A stretch of DNA of 48,628 nucleotides, taken from Octopus bimaculoides (lineage: Eukaryota). The notes beneath the pieces are model-generated. The model made no database searches. It was given only the letters and a program-made list of their open reading frames with translations, and was not told the origin of the DNA. Positions 23,143 through 34,985 of this stretch are shown here, in pieces. The stretch lies in assembly GCF_001194135.2 (NCBI RefSeq), contig NC_068995.1, forward strand, positions 50,373,617 through 50,422,244, read 5' to 3'. The translations under genes were made by a program, and so were the position numbers. Each line of letters opens with the position of its first letter. Position 1 is the stretch's first letter.

Positions 23143-24048
23143 ATTTAAATTAACAGAAAAGAGATGAGCAAATAATCAAAAATAAGGAGAATTGCACAGA
23201 GAAATAATTCTTCAGCTCACTTCTGCATAAATATAGAAACAATTCTAAGGAACGAGAAATGTGATCTTCCACATTAACAAATATACCATATAAGAAGAGA
23301 ATGAACTAATTACAAAGAAAAACTTGCTTAATTCACACAGAAATGTGAACTAATTACTAAGTAGGACCTTGTTAATTCACATCAATGTGAACTAGATCAC
23401 ATAAATGATTTGATTTGTATTATCAAATTACATCATAAATACATCAGACTATAATATCATAGATGGAAGTAATTTTCTTGCTTTGGACTTCAAACAAATT
23501 AAGAAATTTATTCTCAGCTACCATATATATTGTAATTATCAATTGTATTGTTTAGCCCTTCTTTTCTTGAATAGACCAATCTAGAAGACCCATAAATGGA
23601 GCTCTACTGTGACCAGCCTATCTTTTTCACTTTTGTTTGTAGACCTAGTTTATGCTACAATGTCTCTTTTATTTAATATGTTTGGGTGGGAATAGAGGGA
23701 GATTTGGTTGCTATTTTTAGTAAGTTGATAATCCATGCAGTGACTCTATTACTGGCTCAGTGTGTTGTTAGTTGTTAGAGATTACAATAGTAGTGATGGT
23801 GAAGTTTAACCCCAGGCAAGCTTTGATCCAGCACACTTAAGATTAGAAGAATTGCAATAGTAACTATCTCACCTTGTTTTTCAAACCTAATGTGTCTCAG
23901 ACCACCTTATCCAATGTGCCCTTCTGTTTTTTTAGACACAATAGGAAGGGGTGATCTGAAAGAGAGAGAGAGAGAGTTATTTGGTAGCTATTCTTTCTAG
24001 CAGGTTCAGTAACAATGGAGGGACCCTCCAGGAGTACAATATGTGGAC

Positions 24049-24356
24049 TAATAGAGAAAAGATCATCAACTGGAAAGAGAAAGTCCTACAAGGAGAGTTT
24101 TTTCAACAAACAGCAGCTGATGCCAATGAAGAATCATGGAGATGGTTAAGACAGAGTTTTTGAAGAAGGAAACGGAAAGACTGATTCTTGCTGCCCAAGA
24201 ACAAGATTTATATACTAACTCAATCAAGTATAGTGTTGATAAACAGCAACATCACCTTTGTGTAGACTATGTAGAAAATCATCTGCGACAGATGTATAGT
24301 TTGTGAATATTTAAAACTAGCTCAAAAAGAATACAAAAAATGCCATGACAAAGCAA
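24049..24356 (+). pseudogene. R4/Dong-like non-LTR ORF fragment (region leading into the CCHC knuckle)
   Basis: Across frameshifts reads NWKEKVLQGEFFQQT...ESWRWLRQS/FLKKETERLILAAQEQDLYTNSIKYSVDK/TATSPLCRLC.../KLAQKEYKKCHDKA. Confidence 0.8.
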
Positions 24357-25053
24357 CAGTGTAAATACACCGAACCCAGAACCATGCAGTTAGAAAGCAA
24401 ACATCTAACCATGCAGCTACGCCAGCACCTATTAATAGTTAACTCTGATTAACAGAGGATTCTAGATAATCCCAAATATATCCCTATCTGGTTAGAATAA
24501 GATTTGTCATATGAAGCCTGATCTGGGTCTAAACTGCCAATAACAGCTAGCAACAGCAACATCAACAATAACACTTAGTTAAACTATCATCAGTTTGTGA
24601 CGTGAAACAAGATCCTTGATAAGAGAAGGAAGAAATTCCAAAAATGTTCTCCTGTTCAAATTCATCCTCAACTGCTATAGATTACAATCATGGAAAAGAA
24701 AAAGCAAAATTTAAAAAAAGGTCAGAGCTTTTCAACCTTAACAGCTGAATAAATTAAAATTAATGACAATGGTGAAAAGTGACAAGTGAGAGGTTACAAT
24801 ATCTATTTTGACAACGAAAACAAATCAAATAGTCTTCTCTATGAACTGTTAACCATAGTTTTGATATATATTTTTTAGTTTTTTGATGAATTTTTCTCTT
24901 CCATCCCTTTCTGTNNNNNNNNNNCCCTTTCTGTAATTATACATCACATAAATTATTGTGAAATATCAAATTTGCCATTTTCCTACCTTTTTATACTTCA
25001 TAAAACATTTTTCAATCTTTTCATTAATAAACCATTAATAAAACTATCCATAT

Positions 25054-25090
<37 letters not shown>

Positions 25091-25140
25091 CTTTTGTCAT
25101 TTACCTGTTCCAGTCATTGCACTACAGCTTTGCTGTGGTA

Positions 25141-25300
25141 CCACACACACGATGGGCTTCTGTTAGTTTCCATGTCCCAAATCCACTCACAGGGCTTTGG
25201 TTGATCCAGGGCTATAGTAGAAGACACTTGCCCAAGGTACCATGCACTGAGACTGAACTCAGGACAATGTGGTTGGGAAACAAACTTCTTAATACAAGCG
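25141..25300 (-). mobile_element. SINE family B, 5' half
   Basis: CAAATCCACTCACAGGGCTTTGG...GCTATAGTAGAAGACACTTGCCCAAGG...ACTGAACTC. Confidence 0.8.
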
Positions 25301-28229
25301 ACATGTAATAATAATGGTTATTATATGTCTGTATTGTGAGAGTGTGTGTTTGTGTATGTAAGTCACCATGTGTGCATGTATTTCATCTTCTGTGACAGTC
25401 CTTTGTCATCACGGAGACATGAAGGAACAGAGAAAATCACCAATTTGTATAGGTGTAGACATATGTTTTTCATGTGGATTTACAACTGGGTGCCCTTCAA
25501 ACCATTTTACCAACAGACTGAGCACATCATATCCTACCCCCAACATTACAGAGAATGTTATATATGGATTAAAATATGCATGTCTGTCTGTCTCTCTCTC
25601 TCTCTCTCCCTATATATATATATATATGCTTTCAAATCCATTAATTGCCACTACATAGTAACTTTCTAAAATATAGATCCAGTCTCAAAGTATAACAAGA
25701 CATCATTCTTAACATAGAAGGAAATATAAATTGTGATATCAACAACTGGTTAACAGGTGAAATAAAAGCACAACCTGTTAGAAACAGTAGCCAAATCTCC
25801 AGCAAATTATACACTACAGACTTGAAAAGGAAAGTACATAAGGAATATTCGAGAGAAAAACAGACAAAATGCCTTTAATCATAAACCTACACTGTCAAAG
25901 CTGATCTGGGAACTAAACAACAGCAGCAGCAACAATTGGCTAAACTACATGAATATTACTAATTTTACTTAATTTGAGCATGTGTTTTGTATATTCCTAT
26001 TTAAAGTCAACGTTTGCAAGTAACGATTGGATTATAAGAAATTTAGAAAAATTAGTTTTATTTTGGTCTAATTAGGAGCAAAACTTAAATGTCATGTGTT
26101 CCAAGATTGATATAACATTTCAGTGGTGACCTTACAATAATTGTCTCTTGCTTAGTGAGCTGAAAAATTGACAGCAGTCCCAGTTAATGATACAATGATG
26201 ATTGATACATAAAAAAAAGCCAGCTATAAAAACATCAATTCATGGTTATTGTGCAAATGTCCAAAGTTGCAGACACACTTAGCATAAATTGACAGCTTGG
26301 AAAACAAAACTGAAATTTGACATAAGAATGACCCCCACTGCACAAAAATGTCAAATGAAAATATCTGAGACTTCAGCCTAAAAGGAAAAAAAAAACCCTT
26401 TCATATGGTTAAACTATTATATGTAAGATAAAACTGTTATGTTTCCATAAGTGCATGAAAATATGTCACACCATAGGTTTGATGTGGCCCAGTCAATGCT
26501 GGAGCCACATAAAGCACTCTGTACACTCTGTAAAGTTGATGGCAGTACGAAGAACATCCAGCCATAGAAACCATACCAAAGCAGACAGCAGAGCTTGGTA
26601 CAATTGTCTGGCTCACCAAATAATACATTTCTATTGTCTGTTCTATGGTAACTAATCATTTTCTTTTTTATTCTTCACAAGAGAGTACACCAACACTAGA
26701 TGAAGGGGTACATCTGAAGAAAATGTTTGAGAACCTGTGGACTAAAGGGTATCAATTTGTATCATGTACAAGGGGTACATGCATGGCTTCGTGGTTAAGG
26801 GTTAAGACTCTTGTTTTACAACCATGTGATTCTAGGTTCAACCCCACAGTACAGCACTTTAAGCAAATATCTTTTACCATAGTCTCACACTTAAAGCCTT
26901 GTCAATGAAATTTGATAAAGAGGAGTTGCATAAAAGCCAGCTGTGGATATATGTGTGAGCATACAAGCTTCTGTGTCTACAACTGTAAATACATTGCACT
27001 ACTTGAAGTCTGTAAAATAAAGATAACTCTGGTAAATCTAGTCATTTGATAAACAGAAATTGATAAAATAAATGCCAAACTAAGCACTTAGGGAAAAGGG
27101 CAATAAAAGTGACAAAAAAGCCTTGAAGACAGAGTCCAAGAATGGTTACTAATCCATGATTGAAATAATAGAGTAAAAGAAAAATATCATGTTGAAAGGA
27201 CATTTTAAAACAATAGCAAAAAATAAGAAAACCACAGTAAAATAAGAAGGACCTAATTGAAAAAAAAAAAGCAACCAAAATTTCATTCAATGACAAAATA
27301 AACCGAAAGAATAGGAATTCTTGAACATTGTAAAGAAACCTTAGGGATTATTTCAGTCTTTGTTAATTTTGTATGAGTAGGTGTATGGTTAGGTCACATG
27401 ACTATGATAGTTCATGGAAGAATGCCAACAATTATTTCAAATCATTAGGTCTCCTTTCAGACATCATTAAAAAACAATCCACCTTCTTTTATTCCTTTTT
27501 TATTGCCATTCCCATTGCTACTGCAAAGACAGGAATTCACCTGGAATAATGAATTTACCAAAGCTCTACAAAAACATTGTGTTGTGTTCTCTCCATAAAG
27601 TGATAATAACTTTTCCATATTCCACCTTCACCCCCACTCACAACACAATCAACACTAGCGCAAACTCCACCACCACTACTGAAGCTGCCACCACCATTAG
27701 CAGAGATGAAGTCTTTCATATGAAAATATTATGACAGACTTTCTGAAAATGGTTAATAACTTCTCTATGAAACAAACAAATACGTAAAAGATAAAATAAA
27801 GAAGCACTGATATTCCTTTCATGTGATGAAATTACCAAAGAAATGTTACTGGTGGGGGATAGAAACGGTAAAGCTTTAGCATAACTGATAAGAGGGCATT
27901 TAAAACAGTCTTTAAAAGCATATGGGAAAGGTGACAGAGTTAGTAAATAAATACTAGCTAAAAAAAACATAATATACAGCAAGATGGAACAAAGATAGGT
28001 GATGATTTAGCTGTATTTATATATACATTTCCTGCATATATTTATATACTGTTAGGGTAAGATGGAAGCAACAGTGTCAGATAGTTACTTGATATAGGAG
28101 TGTTTAAGTAATACTTGAATTTTTACAGACAAGTGTATAACATGACTCAGAATCAGACAAATAAATTTTCAGACCACCTACAGGAACAGATCACAGCCAA
28201 ACTGTATCAATTCACTGACAACACAGCTA

Positions 28230-29040
28230 CACCCTATCATGGACACCAACGACAGACCACCTACATAAGAAATCAAGGTTACATTGCATCACATTCATAC
28301 CACACTGGTGATATTGCTACATAACAAAAGACTAACGAAACAACTGTGACATCAACAATACAACTTGACTGAGACTATAATGCTGACACAACAACTCAAC
28401 ACAACTGATCACAACAGACTATCAAGAACACAACCATACCAAACTATATCATTAATGCCACAGCCACACAACAAACTATTAACAATGCACCAGACTATCA
28501 ACACTACAACAGGTTACCAACAACACAACCACACCATCACAGTATGAGTATGTCACCAGTAACACAGCCACACAACAGACCATCAACAGCACAATAGACT
28601 AACAACAACACAACCATAACAAACTGTATCATTAACACCACTAACATCACAATAGCTTCACAACACAACCATACAAAGTATGTTACCAACACTACAGCCA
28701 CACCACATATCAACAACAGGACATCAACACCGCAGTCACACAACAGATTAGCAACAGCACAAGAGACCACCAAAACTACAACAGACTCCCAACAACACAA
28801 GTATACCACAGTATGTCACCAACACTACAGCCACATTACATGGCGCCAACACCAAAGCTACACAACAAACCATCAACAGCACAAGAGACCACCAACACTG
28901 CAACTACACAACTGGTAACACTAGAATAGATCACTAATACCACAAACACACAACATACCACTAACAACAGCCCATCAGTATCATGAAAGAACAACAACAC
29001 AACCATACCACAACACATCAGAACAGCCAACAGCACAATC
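28230..29040. repeat. Degenerate A/C-rich minisatellite-like tract
   Basis: GTATGT(C/T)ACCA-anchored motif recurs at ~28549, 28679 and 28811 (period ~130 bp); CATCAACAGCACAA recurs; very few G on the plus strand. Confidence 0.7.
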
Positions 29041-29351
29041 AACTAAAAGAATCCCACAATATATAAGGCAACAAGTGAGCCTCTATGTGGATACTGAACC
29101 TGTTAGAAATAATATAGGTTAGCATCTCCCATGAATCACATCTTACTGTTTAAGAAGAGTGATGGGCACATTTTGACAATGTGAATCTTAGTTGGATCTA
29201 AAAAGGATGCTGCTGAAATGTTTTCAATCATAGAACTACTTGATCAAAGCTGATGTAGGGGCCACACAACACCACCAAAATAGTCTATCAATATTGCAAA
29301 CAACCACCAACACCACAACACTGCAACAATATCACAAGAAAGTTTCTATAA

Positions 29352-29857
29352 CAACATTTCCCAACCAAGGTTTTCAAGAACCCTAGGGTTCTGTGAGAGG
29401 TAATTAGGGAGTTTTGTGAGAAATAGTGATAATTAGGTTAATTATATGCAAATGCATTTTTGAGTCATTATTGTGTTAATTTTATATTCTTGAATTTTGT
29501 TATGACACGCACAATATTTTCAAAATACCAGCGCAGCAGCAAAGCGACCTGGATAGGTGGCAAGGAGACCCTACAGAGAAAATGAACTCTTAATAAAAAA
29601 TTGTAGGGGAATTTGTCTAAACAAGGTCTTCGTTAACGCAAAATTTCTTAAATCTTCTTTGTGGAATCTAATGGATTTAGAACTGCCAAACCTTTCAAAG
29701 ACATGATTTGTTTAATCTCTTGTAAAATTTAACTTTATAAAAGAGAAAGAAAAGGATTAATAAAGGCATATTATAATTCACGTACAAGGATTCCCAAGGA
29801 CATGGAATGCATTTCAAGAGTTCCCCAGAAGTAAAAAGGTTGGGAATCGCAACACTG
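29352..29857. mobile_element. hAT (Charlie-type) MITE, about 505 bp
   Basis: Ends CAACATTTCCCAACC and GGTTGGGAATCGC..CTG; flanks TTCTATAA and CTCTACAT resemble NTCTAGAN. Confidence 0.65.
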
Positions 29858-30688
29858 CTCTACATGGTCACACCACTTGCTGAGTATCAGCCAAATCTCC
29901 TTAAATCACATACTACGATCTTAAAAATAGAAGAAAATAGATAAATCACACCATGCCTGGAAAAAGATGGGATGGTCATGATTGGAATACCTGTGATCAC
30001 AGGTTTGCACAATCCATGATAACTTGGGTGTCAATAACAATACACAATGTCTTATCAATATTACAACCCTGACACAACCAGAACAAACTACAAATATTAC
30101 CAGCAAAACCAGACCAAATCATCACCATAACAATCATGTATCTCAACAAGACATCCATTGATATGGTAGGTCGATTTATATATCAAGATGACTTCTCAAG
30201 ATGAATTTGGAGGACCAAAAATTCCATGTGAAATGCAGCAGGATTTGGAAAGATATTGATAATGTTTGAATGTTTACATTACATATTTGCACTGTATACT
30301 ATGTTGGTACTATGGTACACCATGTCATGGATTTCACAGCGACATAAGTCAACTATACTACAATTAGTTAAGGCTTTGAAGAATTCAGCTAAACCTAACC
30401 AGAGCAACACCAGTCAACAACAAATGACCATATTACTATACAGATTACCATACTACAAGAGACTGGAGAAGATGACCATATACAAATGACTATAGAGTGG
30501 TTGACTGCAACATAACAGAAGTTATAGGCCACGACGGAGCTATCTTAGAAACATTATAGGACCCCAGGCAACTGCCCAGTATGGCCATGCCTTAAGAAAG
30601 TACTGGGCCAGAGGTCCCCAACCACCAGGTTGTAGACTAGTACCAGGCTACAGATCATTTGGTACCAGGCTGCACAGAAACGATAAAC

Positions 30689-30904
30689 AGTATTCACATT
30701 ATTTTGTCAAATGTAATGTTTATTTATTCACATTGAATTGAATTACTCATGCACCATCTTGAAGCTTTTGAGATTTCAATGATGTGATAGTATATCTTTA
30801 CAATGGCATTCTTAGGTAGGTGTGAAAGGCCAGATCTGCCCAGTTTGAACATAAAACAGGTAGAAAATTTGGGGCCAGATACGACCAGTTTAAATGCTAA
30901 AGGG
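30689..30904. mobile_element. piggyBac-like MITE family II with the left end lost; preceded by a hAT-like end (CAGAGGTCCCCAACC, ~30608-30680)
   Basis: Ends TTTAAATGCTAAAGGG|TCAA; body matches 19414-19595. Confidence 0.75.
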
Positions 30905-31896
30905 TCAATTTAATTTCTATGATGGGATGTACATGGCTGAAATGTCTTTGATCACAAGTCTGCTGGATCAGAATTGATCCAGGGCAACAGCAGCAACAAA
31001 TAACCTTATGGTTCAAAATCACTCCATATGTAACCAAACTATCTTTTTTTTCCGTTTTAAGATAGAAGTGAGTGATTTGTGAGGCATTTAGACACTATCT
31101 CTACACGGTGAGCAACCATATAGGGTGTCCTTTGTTTAAGGAATGGGGTTGATGGACATTAAAGATATTTTGAAAATATTTCACTGCTTTAAACATGATT
31201 ACCGGTATTAAGATTATTCACAGATCAACTCTATGTGTACTGCTGGTGTTGTCACTGTTACTGGAAGCAGTTAACAGCAATTTTGGCTGAAAAAATTTGC
31301 AGCTAAAGAGGTAAGATAGAGAAAGACAGCTGCACCAAAGATCAAGGAAATCAAAACTGGAAAATACTCTCTCTCATCTGGAGAGAACACAGTGGTAGAT
31401 AAGCTAATGTTGTTATTTAAGCTACTAAAAACAGCTGCCAATGTCTCTCTCAAATCACACCATCTTAAAAGAAAAAAAGCGAAGGACACATTGGAAAATC
31501 ATAGATATATGAAAAAACAAAAAAATGGTCACACAACTGGAGCATAAACATAGCTGAGACAGGGTCAACTTGGGGAACAACTACTACATTGATGGCAGAG
31601 GTTTTCAAAAAAATCTAATTAGACACGAAATGATTCTTAGATCCAAGAGCTACCAGGACAGACAAAAAAACAATAATTCCTTAATCCAAGGACTACTAGG
31701 GAATATGCAAAAAATACACAAAGACAATGTAAAAAAAATCAAACACAAGTGTATTAGGTTGGTGGTCACAAAATAGGAAAAAAAAAAGAAGGAAATGTCT
31801 TTTACATTTTGACTATTCACTCTTCTGAAAGAAAGGATAGACAAGTAGAGAAAAAAAAATGGAGAAATAGAAACACACATGTCCAACTGTTATGGT

Positions 31897-32170
31897 GTGC
31901 CAGTGCCACTGGACTGGCTCCTGTGCAGGTGGCATGTAAAAAACACCATTTGAGCATGGCTGTTGCTAGTACTGCCTGACTGGCCCTCGTGCCAGTGACA
32001 TGTAAAAGCACCCACTACACTCTCGGAGTGGTTCGCGTTAGAAAGGGCATCTGGCTGTAGAAACACTGCCAAATCAGATTGGAGCCTGGTGCAGCCATCT
32101 GGTTTGCCAGTCCACAGTCAAATCGTCAAACCTATGCTAGCATGGAAAGCAGACATTAAACGATGATGAT
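31897..32170 (+). mobile_element. RTE LINE 3'UTR fragment (two modules) with a (GAT)n tail
   Basis: Near-identical to ~805-1083. Confidence 0.9.
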
Positions 32171-32213
32171 GTGCATGTATATATATATATATATATATAT
32201 GTGTGTATATAGT

Positions 32214-32442
32214 AAGGTAAAGTTACCTTCTTGAGTCATACTGACTCATAAGGGCCAGTTTCATGGCGTAAATATTCCCTACCCAGATGGGACACTAGTC
32301 TGTTGCAGGATTACTCATTTTTGCCAGTTGAGTGGACTGGAGCAACATGAAATGATGTGTTTTGCTCAAGAATACAACGCATCACCCAGCCCAGGAATTG
32401 AAACCACAATCTGACGACCATGAGTCCAACCCTCTAACCACG
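32214..32442 (-). mobile_element. SINE family C, 3' variant iv
   Basis: Reverse complement matches 20573-20787, including GAAGGTAACTTTACC. Confidence 0.85.
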
Positions 32443-32694
32443 AAATATATGTGTGTGTGTGTTGTATTCATAATATATGACAACTTTATTTTACCTTGTG
32501 AAGCAGGAAAAAGGGTAAGGTGAGAACAATTACTGCTGAGGGATCACACACACATTTGAAAGGATTCAGAACAGTTTGGATATTGAAGACAATGAAATGT
32601 AACAGATTGTCTTCAGGAGCCAAACTATTCTCAAATGTAACTGGATCAAAAGTAACAGATCCACCAATCAAACGAAGAGTGTCAGAGATGACCC

Positions 32695-34985
32695 AACAAG
32701 GGTAACCTCTGCACAGTCATTTACCCTGTGACTAAATCTCTCCCAAATTACACCCTACTATTTTAACAAGAGAAGAGGATATATAATGATATAGTTCTAG
32801 ATGCATCTAAACAGAGGAAGTCATGACTGGAATGTTCTTGATTTGTAGGTCTGCTGTTGAACTCGGAGTTAAACCGCAAGAGAGCCAAGGCTAGAAAGAA
32901 AATACTCTTCTTTATCTGACAGGGAAGCCTACACTGAAAACCAAAGTGGGGGGTTGTTTAGAAAACAAACAATTATTCTAGTCCTTCACACTAATTAAAA
33001 AAAACAACACCAATAAACTAATGTTTTTATGGATCAGAACATATAGCCTTTGTTTTTCTTGTAATATCCATAATCAAATGATAACAGCAATTTTCACAAC
33101 AGCACTTTCTAGAGTTACTGAGGAAAGGTGTCTCAAAGCAGTAGTTTTTTCTGCTTAAAATAGCAGCAACATCTGCCTCTTATTATATCTCGATGTCTAA
33201 AACAAAATAGGAAGGAGACCCAGGATAAGAGAATGTAGTTGTCCTAGATACACGTGTCTGAATAAAGGACAAGATGGTCATAACTGGCACACCTTTGCCC
33301 ATAGGTCAACTGGATCGGTACTCACTCGGGGTTAAAGCACAAAAACACATGCTTGGTTAGGTGTTGGGCATTGACACTGGAAGTGACCAGTGTTTTAACA
33401 CATTTTCGTATGAGCTTCGACATGTTCGCTCGACCTGCTAGAAATAACAGCAAAAAAAAAACATTCAAATCATACCCTACTATCTTATGAAAAAATGGAA
33501 GGACGCGTTGGATAACATATTTCTAGATATACAGCCAGAAATAAAGACGGAATGGTTACAGTTTGAGTATCTTTGATAATGTCTCCCCCACTCAGATCTC
33601 ATGTGGGATTAAACAACAAGAACGTTTTTTTTTTTCTTCCATATGATACGAAACGATGCTCTTTATATGCTGGCTCTGCAATCCAGCATATTATCTCACC
33701 ATCAATCGCAATTGTATCCCTCATTGTTAACTTTAGGAGACTTAACAAATTAATCTGAACAACGTGAAAAGGAAATAATAACAATAATAATAATAATGTC
33801 ACAACAGTATTAAAAACAACTATGACATTTGACAACTATCGTTTTTGTTTAGCTCCAGATCAATCCATACAGAAGAGATCTCTGATCGAAAGCATTCCAG
33901 TCGTGACCATCCAGTTTTTTAGACAGTATATCAAAGACAATGTTATCTATCCAATGTGTCCGTGATTTTTTAAAGTTGGAGGGATATAATTTGAGGGAGA
34001 TTTGGTTTGCATATTCTTTGTTACAGAAGGACATGCTATTGTTTAATGACCAAATTTGACCGCAGACATCTTTTTGGGGTGGTGACAAGGTACCAACCAC
34101 CTATCCACACTGGTATTGTGGCAGTTGGTACCAAGAAGAAGCATTGACAGTGGGTAAAAAGAGGAGTGGAGCCAAAACTTCTTGGTTAGGGAAGGTCAGC
34201 ATGGAAGACAATAACTTTTGTATCCGATAACAATGAGTGAAATGGAGGATTTTGTAAGATAACAAGAAATAATTGCCAACGTCCTCTACAAAACACACCT
34301 TAGTAACGACACATTGGATAATGTAGTCAAGGATACAGTCTGAAAATAATATGGTATGATAGTCAAAGCAGGAACGTTTGATCAGAACTGATTCGGGATA
34401 AACAACAATAAGATGAAGCCTTAGTTTTGTAAAATCCAAGCAAGTATTTTGTCTCAAGAGAAAAGAGAATATGTTGATTGTTGAGTTTAATTTAATCTTA
34501 ACTGTTAGAAACCAATGAATAATTTAATAATAATCCAGAAACTTGAATGTATCGAGCAGAGGCAGAACAATATTGTTGGTGGTTTAGACTGACTATTGAT
34601 ATATTGTGTACAATGGCCAGCTGACTTTATGAAGGACGAACATGTGAAGATGTTCTGTGGAGTAAAATAACCTTGCCAATAAACAAAGCACAGATCAAAA
34701 GAAGTTTCAGCAATGGATCAAGGAAACAATTTCACAGTTGCAATATAAAAATATATGTACACGAGCTATAAGACGAAATATCTACGTAGTCCTTCTACTT
34801 GTACGAAACAGCAATCAAAAACTCCCTCAAATCATACCCTAACGTCTTTAAAAAAAGGAGACATGTTTGACACGCCGTTACGTAGTCTTATATGCACTAA
34901 ACCTTAACAATAAGATACTGTCACAGCTGAAATGCTTTTAATATTAAGCCTGTACGATCAGGTTGACATGGGACAAAAACAACAA
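32695..34985. repeat. Cluster of about six family D copies
   Basis: Copies at ~32695-32880(+), 33150-33348(+), 33412-33620(+), 33838-34015(-), 34255-34410(+) and 34770-34985(+), sharing variants of AAATAACAGC, CTCAAATCAYACCCTAC, TTGGATAATGTAGTC and TAAACAACAA. Confidence 0.65.

Noticed and set aside
23301-23394. ~43-bp direct repeats with TTCACA/TGTGAA palindromes (CRISPR-like look)
   Set aside because: Only ~2.3 degenerate units, no unique spacers, eukaryotic context; an ordinary local duplication.
27541-27742. Minus-strand exon-like block (TTTTCAG| to CAG|GTGAAT) with a 54-aa Gly-rich internal ORF
   Set aside because: Stops occur in all three frames; at most a non-coding or poison exon, with no supporting evidence.
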